A DNA stretch of 64,000 bases from an uncultured bacterium (lineage in GTDB: Bacteria > Verrucomicrobiota > Verrucomicrobiia > Limisphaerales > UBA8199). A program made the position numbers and the translations under genes. Below are positions 31,807-42,144 of this stretch, one piece after another (positions within the stretch are counted from its first letter, which is position 1; each line of letters begins with the position of its first letter). Below the pieces are notes generated by a model. That model saw nothing but the letters and a program-made list of their open reading frames with translations, was not told the DNA's origin and did no database searches. The DNA is taken from positions 416,001 to 480,000 of the forward strand of contig CAVVMW010000012.1 in assembly GCA_963749495.1 (NCBI GenBank), in the 5' to 3' direction.

Positions 31807-31969
31807 ATGCCGCTCAAGGTGTACATCGAGACGACGATCCCGAGCTTTTATTTCCATTCGTCTGGCCAACCCAAACAAATTCCGCCATATTGAGAGCATA
31901 AACAAGCGGCTAAGGCTGCCCGTGCCGGCCGTCGTTACGCCGCTCCAACTATTGGGAGAGACTGTATGA
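31807..31969 (+). pseudogene. PIN-domain toxin with most of its centre deleted
   Basis: MPLKVYIETTIPSFY joined to LANPNKFRHIESIN...VVTPLQLLG. Confidence 0.7.
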
Positions 31970-32181
31970 AAGCGCATCGAGACGAAGCGATTGCCGAAGT
32001 CCGCGCGGCTCGCATTGAACTGTGTGCCCGCTTCGCGAATGATCTGCCCCGCCTGGTGAAGTACCTGCGCCAGCAGCAGCGCCATTATCGCGGCCGGATC
32101 ATCAAAGACTGGGCCGAAATCAGAGCCGTGCCAGGCTGCGCCGATACCCAGGTTGTGAAACGACCCGGTCCGCGGCGATGA
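31966..32181 (+). CDS. Small putative antitoxin
   Basis: DEAIAEVRAARIELCARFANDL; ATGA-coupled to the PIN remnant. Confidence 0.6.
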   Translation: MKAHRDEAIAEVRAARIELCARFANDLPRLVKYLRQQQRHYRGRIIKDWAEIRAVPGCADTQVVKRPGPRR

Positions 32182-32296
32182 ACCGACACCGGGTTGCCAT
32201 TGTCTCAAACAAAGTGGATGCGATCCTGAAGAACCAACTGCCGCAACTCCCCTACGACGCAATGATCCCAGATCACGAAACCGCACAGGTGAGCCC

Positions 32297-32506
32297 GTGA
32301 CGAAGCGCGAGGTCATCATTTACTGGAGTGAGGAGGATGAGGCGTTTATCGCGGAAGTGCCCGAGCTGCCGGGCTGTGCCGCGGACGGCCCGAGCCGAGG
32401 GGCCGCTCTCAAGAACGTCAACGTGGTCATCAAAGAGTGGATCGAGACCGCCGCCGAACTGGGCCGGCCAATCCCGCAACCCAAGGGCCGGTTGGCGCTC
32501 GCCTGA
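32297..32506 (+). CDS. HicB family antitoxin (orphan)
   Basis: IYWSEEDEAFIAEVPELPGCAADG...GRPIPQPKG. Confidence 0.85.
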   Translation: MTKREVIIYWSEEDEAFIAEVPELPGCAADGPSRGAALKNVNVVIKEWIETAAELGRPIPQPKGRLALA

Positions 32507-32559
32507 ATGGCTGAATCAATCGGATTGATTGGCCGATGGGTGCTGATTACATTGTCGAT

Positions 32560-32835
32560 ATGACGGCGACTTTACTAGAGACCCAGGCAGATCTACAGCG
32601 GCTGGTTGAACTGGCCAGCCAAGGCGAAGATGTGGTGATCACGGTGGACGGCGAGCCAAGGGCCAGACTCACTCGCGCAGGAGCGCCGTTCACCGGCGAA
32701 GACGGGCCCGCAACAGATGCCGGCCTTGCCAACTGGTCAAGCGAGCTTGAGCAAATCCGCCAACAATTGAGCACTGGCAAGGTCGGCCCAACCGTTGAGC
32801 AAATACTGGCGGAGGACCGCACCGACCGCATCTGA
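32560..32835 (+). CDS. Phd/YefM family antitoxin
   Basis: LQRLVELASQGEDVVITVDGEPRARL; TTGATT-17-TACATT-6-ATG. Confidence 0.75.
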   Translation: MTATLLETQADLQRLVELASQGEDVVITVDGEPRARLTRAGAPFTGEDGPATDAGLANWSSELEQIRQQLSTGKVGPTVEQILAEDRTDRI

Positions 32836-32837
32836 AC

Positions 32838-32936
32838 ATGCATTACTGGGACACGTCGGCGTTGGCCAAGCTGTACGTCAGCGAGTCGGATTCGGCGCTC
32901 TTTGCAGCCCATCAGACCCTCACGGGACAGAAATGA
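32838..32936 (+). pseudogene. VapC/PIN toxin N-terminal stub (32 aa)
   Basis: MHYWDTSALAKLYVSESDS..., stop overlaps the pheT ATG. Confidence 0.75.
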
Positions 32937-35428
32937 AAGTCACACTCAATTGGCTCAAGCAGTATGTTGATTTCGACTGGTCCTCCGAGGAACTGGCGGA
33001 GCGGCTGACGATGCTGGGCATCGAAGTCGAGGGCATCGAAAAACTCGGCGGCGAGTTCGACGGCATCGTCGTGGCGCAAGTGGTCGCGCGTGACAAGCAC
33101 CCGAATGCGGACAAGCTCTCGGTGTGCCGCGTGAACGACGGCAAAACGGAGCGCCAGGTAGTGTGCGGCGCCCAGAACTTCAAGGCCGGGGACAAGGTGG
33201 CGCTCATCCTGCCGGGCCATACCCTGCCCGCCAGGCCGGGCGAGGAGCCGTTCGCTATCAAGGTCGGCAAGATCCGTAACGTCGAGTCGCAGGGCATGAT
33301 GTGCTCCCCCAAGGAACTGGGCCTGGCCGAGGACGCCCAGGGCCTGCTGATCCTGCCCGAGGACGCCCGGGTGGCCAGCCCTTTGCCGAGCACCTGGGCC
33401 GCGCCGGCAGCGACGTGGTTTATGACCTGGAAATCACCCCCAACCGGCCCGACCTCAACAGCCTCGTCGGCGTCGCCCGCGAGATCAGCGCCCTGTCCGG
33501 CAACCCGTTGCGCTTGCCTGAAATCCAGGCCCTGGAACCCGGGCAGCCGGCCAGGCCCCGGGCACTCGAGCGGAGGACCTGCTCGCCGTGCGTCTTGAGG
33601 ACCCCGAACTGTGCCCGCGCTACACGGCCCGCGTGATCCGCGGCGTGAAGATCGGCCCCAGCCCCGACTGGCTCCAGAGCACGCTCCAGAAGGTCGGCAT
33701 CCGCAGCATCAGCAACGTGGTCGATGTCACCAATTATGTCATGCTCGAAATCGGCCAGCCGCTCCACGCATTCGATTATCACCTCCTGACCGCGACTGCT
33801 CCCGCCGCCAGGCCCGTCATCGTCGTCCGCCGCGCGGCTGAGGGCGAGAAGTTCACCACCCTCGACGGCCAGGAACGGACGCTCACCAGCCGGATGCTCC
33901 TGATCGCCGACGAGACCAAGCCGGTCGCGCTGGCCGGCATCATGGGCGGCCAAAACACCGAAATCAATCCCAGCACGGTGGACGTGCTGCTCGAGAGCGC
34001 CTACTTCAAGCCTCAGAACATCCGCCTGACCTCCAAGCGGCTGGACCTGCGCACGGAATCCTCCTATCGCTTCGAGCGCGGCAGCAATATCGGAATATGC
34101 GACTGGGCCAGCCGGCGCGCCGCGCAGTTGATCCTCCAGACGGCCGGCGGAGAGCCTGCCCGGGCGCTGTGGACGCCTACCCTGCCCCGGCTGAGCCCCG
34201 CCAAATCAAGCTTCGCCCGCACAAGGTCAACGAACTGCTCGGCCTGGAATTGCGGCCCGGGGAGATCGAGGCCTATTTGCTCCAACTCGGTTTGAAAGTG
34301 GCCGGCCGCAAGCCGCGGCCCATCGAGGCCGGACCGGCGCCCGCAGAACCGATTGCCTTCCGTATCCCGACGTTCCGGGTCGACCTCAAACGCGAAGTGG
34401 ACCTGACCGAGGAGGTCGCCCGGCTCTACGGCGTGGACCGCATCCCGGCCACGCCTCCGCGCGGCGCGACCGGCTCGAACGCCTTCGACGCCGTACACGA
34501 CGAACTGGCCGAGGCCCGGCGCATCCTGGCCGGGCTGGGCATGTCGGAGGCCCAGGGCCAGACCCTGATCTCGGACTCAGCCGCCAGGCTGATGGCGGCC
34601 GAGACCCTGCTCCCGCTGGCCAACCCGCTGAGCAGCGACATGAACGTGCTGCGGCCCAGCCTCCTGCCTGGCCTGCTCGATGCCCTCCGCCATAACCTCA
34701 GCCGCAAGAACGAAGACGCCGCCCTATTCGAGATCGGACGCGCCTTCTCCCTGGCCCAGCCAACCCCCGCCACACCCGCCGGCGCGGTCCGGGAGGAACG
34801 CCGCGTCGCCCTGGCCCTGACCGGCCGGCGCGACCCGGTCTTCTGGACCGGCGAGAATCGCGACGCCAAGTTCGACATCTTCGATTTGAAAGGGCTGCTC
34901 GAGGAATTCCTCGAGCAATTCGGCGTGCGGGGCGTCGCTTACGCGCGCCGCGCCCAGGGCACGGCGCTCTTCATCGAATCGGGTGTCGTTCAACTCGGCA
35001 AATTCCAACTCGGCGAGCTGGGCCAACTGCTGCCCTCGCTGGCCAAGGCATACGACCTGCGCGACGCGGTGCTGCTGGCGGAGCTGAACCTCGACCTGTT
35101 GCTGGCGCGCCGCAACACGGCCAAATCGTTCAGGCCCCTGCCCGCCTTCCCCTCGATTCGCCGCGACGTTGCCATGCTGGTGCCCGAAGCCACCACCCAC
35201 GAGGCGGTGCTCCAGGTGATCAAACAGACCAAACCGGCGAACCTCGAGTCTGTCGAACTCTTCGACGTGTTCCGCGGCAGAAACGTCCCCCCCGGCCAGA
35301 AGAGCATGGCCTATGCCTGCACCTACCGCAGCCCGGAACGCACGTTGACCGACGCCGAAGCCAGCAGCGCCCACGAAAAACTCGTCGCCCAGTTCAAGGC
35401 GCGCCTCCAGGCGGTCATCAGGGAATGA
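32933..35428 (+). CDS. pheT: Phenylalanine-tRNA ligase beta subunit (three apparent indels near 33373, 33560 and 34162)
   Basis: [56 protein letters not shown] across four frames. Confidence 0.95.
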
Positions 35429-35441
35429 GCGGAGAGCGCGG

Positions 35442-35717
35442 CTATTCGATGAGGTTCTTTGATTTCAGAATCTGGAGATAAGCCTCCAGAGTGAGACTAC
35501 ACTCCCTGAATTCCCTGCATTGCTTCTGAGAGAGCTTCATTTGCAAGGGGATGTAAGTGTGTGGCAGCTCTTTCGAGCCCCTCCGAATCCCGAATGAAAA
35601 TATGATTCTGCCGTCATGCCGGAACTTGACGAGATCGTGTTTTCTTGCGCCGGGCTCGACCTCGGCCCGGAGCTTTTCCTGAATCGCCCAGGCGTCGGAT
35701 TGTGTGAGAAATCTCAC
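35442..35717 (-). CDS. Putative HicA-like toxin
   Basis: Small basic protein, GARKHDLVKF, IPLQMKLSQKQ; GTGA-coupled to the upstream gene. Confidence 0.5.
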   Translation of the reverse strand: MRFLTQSDAWAIQEKLRAEVEPGARKHDLVKFRHDGRIIFSFGIRRGSKELPHTYIPLQMKLSQKQCREFRECSLTLEAYLQILKSKNLIE

Positions 35718-36037
35718 GGGTTCCTGCGGAGAAACTGTCTAAGGATTGCCAATTGTCGCGTTGGCTCTGGCCCGAGTTTCTCAGGGGGTTCTTTGGAAAA
35801 ACTATCAAAAAAATCCAAGATCAGGCTTTTCAAGTTGGCGACGGCCTCCTCTTCATTTGCCCCCGAGGAGTGAATGTTGGCGTCGAACCAACCCGCGTTG
35901 AAACCGCCTTGGGCGCGGTGGACAGCCACGAGGATGGGTCGAATGAGTTCGTAGGGTTCCGGTGCGAAGGTGTTGATCGGCACGCACTGGGTACCGCTAA
36001 CATCTGGCAGTGTTAAAGGCATGACAGAACTGGACAT
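35714..36037 (-). CDS. Putative HicB-like antitoxin
   Basis: IHSSGANEEEAVANLKSLILD. Confidence 0.5.
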   Translation of the reverse strand: MSSSVMPLTLPDVSGTQCVPINTFAPEPYELIRPILVAVHRAQGGFNAGWFDANIHSSGANEEEAVANLKSLILDFFDSFSKEPPEKLGPEPTRQLAILRQFLRRNP

Positions 36038-36083
36038 TAAACCGTCTCCCACGCACAATATATAGCGGTTACACGCACGTCAA

Positions 36084-36419
36084 ATGATTAAAGCTGGAAA
36101 CGTCGCCATCGTGCTCGTGACGGCGCCGGACCTGAAGACGGCGCGGCGCCTGGCCCGCGCCGCCCTCGATGCGCGCCTGGCCGCCTGCGCCAACCTGGTC
36201 CCCGGAATCGAATCTCACTATTGGTGGCGGGGAAACATTGACAAGTCCGCCGAGGTGCTGATGCTCCTCAAGACCACGTCCGCGAGATTGGCGGCGCTCG
36301 AGAAGTTGATCGTGGCCGGGCATCCCTACGACACGCCGGAGTTCGTGGCGCTGCCGGTGGAGCGAGTGGCCGAGCGCTACCTGGCGTGGTGGAAAAGGTC
36401 GTTGAGCGTTCGGCCTTAG
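36084..36419 (+). CDS. cutA: Divalent-cation tolerance protein CutA
   Basis: LAACANL, SHYWWRG, HPYDTPE. Confidence 0.93.
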   Translation: MIKAGNVAIVLVTAPDLKTARRLARAALDARLAACANLVPGIESHYWWRGNIDKSAEVLMLLKTTSARLAALEKLIVAGHPYDTPEFVALPVERVAERYLAWWKRSLSVRP

Positions 36420-36422
36420 GCA

Positions 36423-36690
36423 GGGCACACAATGACTGCCGGTCAGCGCACCGCGGGTTTTTGCCCCGAAGGGGCTTCCGACAATAGCCCGGCGTTTCAA
36501 CGCCGGGTGAGCGCACCCAAAGGAACAGGTCCGTCCCGAAGGGACGGCTGAAGGCAAGGCGTGTCTCAGTCGTCCCTTCGGGACGAGGGTCCCTGTTGTG
36601 GCCTCCCCGGCGTTGAAACGCCGGGCTATTCTCATGTGTCCCTCCGGGACAAAACCCCGAGGCGCATGTCCGACGGGCTTAACCGCACCC
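36423..36690. mobile_element. MITE-like element B, inverted copy
   Basis: Same hairpin array as 6637-6903; end TGTCCGACGGGCTTAACCGCACCC. Confidence 0.8.
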
Positions 36691-36741
36691 CTCGTCCCCC
36701 CCGCTATTGATCTGGGGTCAATTTTGGCTCTTACTCCTGGC

Positions 36742-38535
36742 GTGCAACTGCCCTGGCAGCAGACCTACGACCCGCTCCATCATGTGTTTTGGTCCACGGC
36801 GGCGGCGGCGGCGCCGGTAGTGGTTTTGCTGGGGTCGATCGCGTTGCTCCGCATCCGGATCCACCTGGCGGCCTTGCTGGGCCTGGGCGTGGCGCTGGCA
36901 ATTGCGCTGGGGGTCTATCGGATGCCGGCTGGGGCGGCCGCAGCGACCACGGTCTATGGGGCGGCGTTTGGTCTGTTCCCGATCGGTTGGCTGCTCCTGA
37001 ACATCATCTTCCTCTACCAACTGACCGTGAAGAAGGGCCTGTTCGACGTGCTGCGAGACACCCTGGCCCGGCTCTCGCCCGACCCGCGCGTGCAGCTCAT
37101 CCTCATTGCCTTCTCGTTCGGGGCGTTCCTGGAAGGCATGGCCGGTTTCGGCGCGCCCGTGGCCATCACCGGCGCCATCCTGATTCAGCTCGGTTTCAAG
37201 CCCCTGCACGCGTCGGGCCTGGCGCTCATGGCCAACACCGCCCCAGTGGCCTTTGGTTCGCTGGGCATCCCGATTACGACTCTGGAGCAGGTAACGGGCC
37301 TGGACGCGCTCAAGCTCTCGGCAATGGTCGGCCGCCAGATGCCCCTTTTCTCGATGCTGATCCCGTTTTGGGTCGTGGCGGCGTTCGCCGGCTGGCGGGG
37401 GATGCTCGGGGTCTGGCCGGCAGCGCTGACGGCCGGGCTGGCCTTCGCCGTGCCGCAGTTCCTGATCTCGAATTTCCACGGCCCCTGGCTGGTCGCCGTG
37501 GTCTCCGGGGCATGCTCGATTGCGGCGCTGGTGGGCCTGCTGCGGGTGTGGGCGCCCAGGGACACCGACCCCAGAGCGTGGGCGGGCGTTGCCAACGCAG
37601 AATCGCCCCTCGGAACCGCCAATCGGAGGGACATCCGTGAGGCGCGACAGCGCTTTGGACTGCGCCAGTCCTCTGGCGCTTTTTCGTCCCCAGGCGTCCC
37701 AAAAGCGCCAGAGGGCTGGCGCAGTCCAAAACCTGGCGGCCCGGACGAGGTCGCGCCCCGGCCCTGGCCCCGCGGCCAGGTCTTTCGCGCTTGGCGACCG
37801 TGGTTGATCCTCACGCTATTCCTGGTGCTGTGGGGGTTGCCGGCGGTCAAGTCAGGGCTGGACAAGCTCGCCACCATCCAACTGGACGTGCCTCACCTGC
37901 ACCGGGCTGTCCAGCGCGTGCCGCCCGTCGCCCCGCCCGGCGCCAAACCCGAGCCGGCCCAGTTCCGGCTCAACCTGCTCTCGGCAACGGGCACCGGGAT
38001 CCTGGCGGCGGCGCTCGTTGCGGGGCTGGCAATGGGGTTCGGCCCAAGAGACCTCGCCAGGACCTATTTCGAAGCGCTGCGGCGGATTCGTTTCTCGTTG
38101 CTGACGATAGCGGCCATGCTGGCCCTGGGCACGGTGACGAAATACTCGGGGGCGGATGCGACGCTGGGTCTGGCCCTGGCGCACACGGGCACGCTCTACC
38201 CGTTTTTCGGCACGCTGCTGGGCTGGCTGGGGGTGGCCCTCACCGGTTCGGATACCGCCTCGAATGTCCTGTTTGGCAGCCTCCAGCGCATCACCGCCGA
38301 GCAAGCGCACCTGTCCCCGATCCTCATGGCGGCCGCCAACAGCTCCGGCGGCGTCATGGGCAAGATGGTGGATGCCCAGAGCATCGTCGTGGCCAGCACC
38401 GCCACCAATTGGTACGGGCACGAAGGCAGCATCCTGCGCTATGTCTTCCTGCACAGCATCGCCCTGGCCACGCTGATGGGCGTCTGGGTCCTGCTCCAGG
38501 CCTATGTCGCCCCGTTCACACGCATGGTCCCCTAG
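36742..38535 (+). CDS. lctP: L-lactate permease
   Basis: WQQTYDPL, FGAFLEGMAGFG, ANTAPVAFG, LTGSDTASN, NSSGGVMGKM..QSI. Confidence 0.93.
   Translation: MQLPWQQTYDPLHHVFWSTAAAAAPVVVLLGSIALLRIRIHLAALLGLGVALAIALGVYRMPAGAAAATTVYGAAFGLFPIGWLLLNIIFLYQLTVKKGLFDVLRDTLARLSPDPRVQLILIAFSFGAFLEGMAGFGAPVAITGAILIQLGFKPLHASGLALMANTAPVAFGSLGIPITTLEQVTGLDALKLSAMVGRQMPLFSMLIPFWVVAAFAGWRGMLGVWPAALTAGLAFAVPQFLISNFHGPWLVAVVSGACSIAALVGLLRVWAPRDTDPRAWAGVANAESPLGTANRRDIREARQRFGLRQSSGAFSSPGVPKAPEGWRSPKPGGPDEVAPRPWPRGQVFRAWRPWLILTLFLVLWGLPAVKSGLDKLATIQLDVPHLHRAVQRVPPVAPPGAKPEPAQFRLNLLSATGTGILAAALVAGLAMGFGPRDLARTYFEALRRIRFSLLTIAAMLALGTVTKYSGADATLGLALAHTGTLYPFFGTLLGWLGVALTGSDTASNVLFGSLQRITAEQAHLSPILMAAANSSGGVMGKMVDAQSIVVASTATNWYGHEGSILRYVFLHSIALATLMGVWVLLQAYVAPFTRMVP
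37654..37730. repeat. Intragenic REP doublet (30-bp arms, 29/30 match)
   Basis: TTTGGACTGCGCCAGTCCTCTGGCGCTTTT / AAAAGCGCCAGAGGGCTGGCGCAGTCCAAA; single identical arm at 58728-58756. Confidence 0.85.
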
Positions 38536-38576
38536 AGTCCTTGAGCTTCAAAAAGTGATGCAGACAAGTCAAGTTT

Positions 38577-38626
38577 GTGGCACGGGCATCCTGCCCGTGA
38601 GGGCTTGGGCAAGATGCCCAAGCCAC
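38577..38626. repeat. REP doublet (GTGG-type)
   Basis: GTGG-CACGGGCA-tcc-TGCCCGTG and CTTGGGCA-aga-TGCCCAAG-CCAC. Confidence 0.7.
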
Positions 38627-38762
38627 GATCTGAGGCTCCGCCTCGTTAGCAATACAGTGGACCGAGGTCCACGGCTACCTTCACTGCGCCGCTACGCGAC
38701 GCGCCGGGCTTCCACGCTCCGCTTGACTTTGGAAGGACTGGGGCCAGAATAGGCTACAATTC

Positions 38763-39344
38763 ATGTCACTCGAACTGGTGCTCCAAAGGTATCCGAAAGA
38801 GATCAAACTTCGGGACGCTTCGTCCTGCAGGCTCGCTCCGTTGTGCCAGGAAGATGAGGGCGGCTTTTTCGAGTTCTTCCAGGCGGTTCCCGAGGCCGAA
38901 CGGATGTTCATCAAGCACCGGGTGACCGAGCGCGAGGTCATCCACAACTGGTGCGCTGAAATCGATCTGGGCCGCAATCTGCCGCTGCTCGCCTTCATGG
39001 ATGGGAGAATCGTCGGAGATGCCACGCTGCACCAACAGTTGGGCGGGTGGAAACGGCACATCGGGCGCGTCAGCGTGCTGGTGCTCCCCCAGTATCGCGG
39101 GCGCGGACTGGCGCGGGCGCTGATCGGCGAAATGGTGGAGGTCGCCCGCCAACTGGGCCTCGAGCGTGTCGAGGCGGAGTTCATCGGTGACCAGCAGGCC
39201 GCCATCAAGATGTTCGCCTTGCTCGGCTTCAGCAATCTCATCCGCTTTGAGGATTATGTGAAGGACATGCAGGCCAATAGTCATGACTACGTGCTCATGG
39301 GCCTCAAACTCAAAACCGAGGAGGAATACGCAGGGATGGGCTGA
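38763..39344 (+). CDS. GNAT family N-acetyltransferase
   Basis: VLPQYRGRGLARALI motif A, AIKMFALLGF. Confidence 0.88.
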   Translation: MSLELVLQRYPKEIKLRDASSCRLAPLCQEDEGGFFEFFQAVPEAERMFIKHRVTEREVIHNWCAEIDLGRNLPLLAFMDGRIVGDATLHQQLGGWKRHIGRVSVLVLPQYRGRGLARALIGEMVEVARQLGLERVEAEFIGDQQAAIKMFALLGFSNLIRFEDYVKDMQANSHDYVLMGLKLKTEEEYAGMG

Positions 39345-39354
39345 CGCAAGGTGA

Positions 39355-39382
39355 AATGACGAATGACGAATGACGAATGACG
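39355..39382. repeat. Heptamer tandem repeat (AATGACG)4
   Basis: Four exact copies 10 bp after the GNAT stop. Confidence 0.9.
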
Positions 39383-39439
39383 AAGGTCTGCAACCGGTCA
39401 CGGGCGGAGTGATTCTCACCCGTAAGAACCGCTGAGCGC

Positions 39440-39709
39440 ATGCCGCCTGAGATTTGCCCAAACTGCGGGGCGGAAGTGCCGCCCGGCGCAAAGGCCTGTC
39501 CCGAATGCGGGTCCGACGAGCAAACCGGCTGGTCCGAGGAGGCGCAGACGGACGGGTTGGATTTGCCCGACCCGGAGTTCAACTACCAGGAGTTCGTGGA
39601 ACGGGAGTTCGGCGGGCGAAAGGCGGTTCCGCGGGGGATTCATTGGTTTTGGTGGGCGGTGGCCCTGCTGGTGGCGGCGGCGTTCCTCGGGTTTTTCGTC
39701 CTGGCCTGA
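39440..39709 (+). CDS. Zinc-ribbon membrane protein
   Basis: CPNCG..CPECG and a C-terminal TM helix. Confidence 0.8.
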   Translation: MPPEICPNCGAEVPPGAKACPECGSDEQTGWSEEAQTDGLDLPDPEFNYQEFVEREFGGRKAVPRGIHWFWWAVALLVAAAFLGFFVLA

Positions 39710-39771
39710 ATTGCGGCCGACTGCAAGGACCAGGCTCGACCCCCGCCGCTCGCCCCTCTACAATCCTCCCC

Positions 39772-41094
39772 ATGACATCCCTTACTCAAACCGACCCTCC
39801 TGGGACCGCCCCTGCGCCCGGCGCCGCGTCCAGCCAGCGCCTGATGTCCGTGGACGCGCTCAGGGGATTCGACATGTTCTGGATCATTGGCGCCGATGCG
39901 CTGGTCTCCGCGCTCAACGAGATGAGCCAAACCGGGCCGACGAAGTTCCTGGCCTACGAACTCGATCACGCCGATTGGCAGGGGTTCCATTTCTACGACC
40001 TGATCTTCCCGCTCTTCGTGTTCATTGCCGGGGTGTCGCTGGTCTTTTCGCTGAGCAAAGCCATCGAGCGGGCGGGGCGCGCGCAGGCCCTGAAACGGGT
40101 CTTGTGGCGCAGTCTGCTGCTCTTCCTGGTGGGCATCTTTTACTCGGGCGGCCTTACCCACCGCTGGCCCGACATCCGGCTCATGGGCGTGCTCAACCGC
40201 ATCGCGCTGGCCTACGGCCTGGCCGGGCTGCTGTTTTGCTTCCTCAAGCCCCGCGCCCTGGCCGGCATTTGCGCCGCTCTCCTGGCAGGGTATTGGGCCC
40301 TGATGACATTCGTGCCGATCCGGGACGTCCAGTTGACCCGCGCTCATATCGCCGAACTGGCCGTTCAGTCGGGCGACCAACAAACGGCGGCCTATTACCG
40401 AAACCCCGATTCCCCCAACCCCTCGGCGGTGAAGGGCAGCCCGGAGTGGGCGGCGGCCCAGAGGTTCTTTTACGCCACCACCAACCGGGTGACCGGGAAA
40501 TTCGACAAGGGCCTGAACCTCTCAGACCATCTTGATTTTCAATGCCTGCCCGGCAGGAAGTACGACACCTTCTTCGATCCCGAGGGCTTCCTGAGCACTA
40601 TTCCGGCCGTGGCGACCTGCCTGTTGGGGGTGTTGGCGGGGCTGCTGCTCCGCAGCCAGCGGGTGCCGGACCGGCGGAAGGTGGTGTGGCTGATGGGCGC
40701 GGGCCTGGCGGCCGCGGCAGCGGGCTGGCTATGGGGACTCCAGTTCCCGGTGGTCAAGAAGATTTGGACCTCGTCCTACGTTCTGGTGGCCGGGGGTTAC
40801 AGCGCGATGCTGCTGGGCCTCTTTTACCTGGTCGTGGATGTGTGGCAGGCGCGGGCCTGGTGCCGGCCGTTTGTGTGGATGGGGATGAACTCGATTACGA
40901 TCTACCTCGCCGGCAATATCCTGGACGACTTCAGACCTGTGGTGCTGCGGTTGGCCGGGGGCGACGTGCGCAGCTTTCTCGACCAACACCTGGCCCAAGG
41001 GCTGGGGGACCTCCTGGTCACGCTCCTGGGTTTGTTGCTGGCGTTTTGGTTCGTCCGGTTCCTCTACAAGCGGAAAATCTTCCTGCGGTTGTAA
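39772..41094 (+). CDS. DUF5009 / HGSNAT-like membrane acyltransferase
   Basis: RLMSVDALRGFDM, DLIFPLF, GVLNRIA, DPEG, KKIWTSSY, GMNSI. Confidence 0.88.
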   Translation: MTSLTQTDPPGTAPAPGAASSQRLMSVDALRGFDMFWIIGADALVSALNEMSQTGPTKFLAYELDHADWQGFHFYDLIFPLFVFIAGVSLVFSLSKAIERAGRAQALKRVLWRSLLLFLVGIFYSGGLTHRWPDIRLMGVLNRIALAYGLAGLLFCFLKPRALAGICAALLAGYWALMTFVPIRDVQLTRAHIAELAVQSGDQQTAAYYRNPDSPNPSAVKGSPEWAAAQRFFYATTNRVTGKFDKGLNLSDHLDFQCLPGRKYDTFFDPEGFLSTIPAVATCLLGVLAGLLLRSQRVPDRRKVVWLMGAGLAAAAAGWLWGLQFPVVKKIWTSSYVLVAGGYSAMLLGLFYLVVDVWQARAWCRPFVWMGMNSITIYLAGNILDDFRPVVLRLAGGDVRSFLDQHLAQGLGDLLVTLLGLLLAFWFVRFLYKRKIFLRL

Positions 41095-41130
41095 AGCCGC
41101 CGCTCGTGCCCGCGACTGGAAAGCGACAAC

Positions 41131-41328
41131 ATGAAAGTGACGTATGACGCGGAGGTGGACGTGCTGCGCATTGTCCTTCGCAACGCGCCCATCGAGGAGA
41201 GTGACGAAGACAAGCCCGGAGTGATTCTGGATTACGATAAGGACGGCAACGTCATCGGGCTGGAGGTGCTGAACGCCTCTAAGCGAGTGGAGAACCCGCG
41301 CGGTGTGGACTATGCCGTGACCGGGTGA
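41131..41328 (+). CDS. DUF2283 family protein (orphan putative antitoxin)
   Basis: MKVTYDAEVDVLRI...ILDYDKDGNVIGLEVLNAS. Confidence 0.88.
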   Translation: MKVTYDAEVDVLRIVLRNAPIEESDEDKPGVILDYDKDGNVIGLEVLNASKRVENPRGVDYAVTG

Positions 41329-41382
41329 CGCGGCCGCAGGAAATGGCTGGTTTGGGCAGGAGCATCTGCTAATTTGCCGGGC

Positions 41383-41960
41383 ATGAAAGTCGTCAACAAC
41401 GTCCTGAACCAGTTGACGGACCTGGTTGCCCGCGGGGCCTACCAGCAGTTGGAGTCAGAAGGGATTGAAATCAAGCCGGTGCCCTCGATCGGCGGGGACT
41501 GGAAGCAGCGTCACATCACCGTCAACGCCTTTCTCAATCTTGCCCGAAGCCAAACCCGGGAACCCGCGTTTGGCTGATGTCCTGAGGGTTTTTCGCAAGT
41601 GGGAGGGACGCGGAATCGGGATGGCCACCTTGGTGGACGTGTGCCTCCGGAACGAAATGGACCTGCCACACTACCGGTTTCACTCCGAAGAAGTGGAGCT
41701 GTTTCTGTGCTCAGGAAAGCTTCTGGACGAGCGGATGGAGCGGCTCTTTCAATCTTTCGACGGCTACATCGAGGGCAAGTTGATGGGGAACCCGCTCAGC
41801 GAGCTCCAGAAACTCGTGCTGGCGTACCTGATCAAATCGGAGTGGGCCAACGAGCAGTTGCGCTACACGATCCTGCTCACGCCAGACAACAACCACTTCA
41901 GCGAATTGATCGGCTTGGAAAAGGCAGGGTTAATCGCAAAACCCCCACAAGGCCAAACGC
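41383..41960 (+). pseudogene. AlbA_2/HATPase_c_4-type (RecG-like) protein remnant with large deletions
   Basis: LESEGIEIK...TVNAFLN joined out of frame to NPRLADVL...EGRGIGM. Confidence 0.6.
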
Positions 41961-42144
41961 TGCTGCGCCTGGAGCCAGCCGGATGGGCCGAACGACCGGA
42001 ACGAGAAGTTTGTAACGGTCCTAGAAATCCCGCCCGTTGTGGGGCCACAGGCGGCGGTCAAAGCGGCGATTGTGGCGGAAATCAGGGGAAATAAATGAGT
42101 CTGGGCAGCCTCAAGAACACCACGACCTATGAGCCTCTTTGCAG

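Noticed and set aside
2700..35428. Programmed frameshifting or true pseudogenisation in fucP, the Ig protein, sahR, HEPN and pheT
   Set aside because: No slippery heptamers; essential pheT has three breaks, mostly near short G/C runs, so sequencing indels are far more likely
36048..36078. dif (XerCD) site
   Set aside because: ACGCACAA-TATATA resembles the XerC arm and spacer, but the conserved XerD arm is absent
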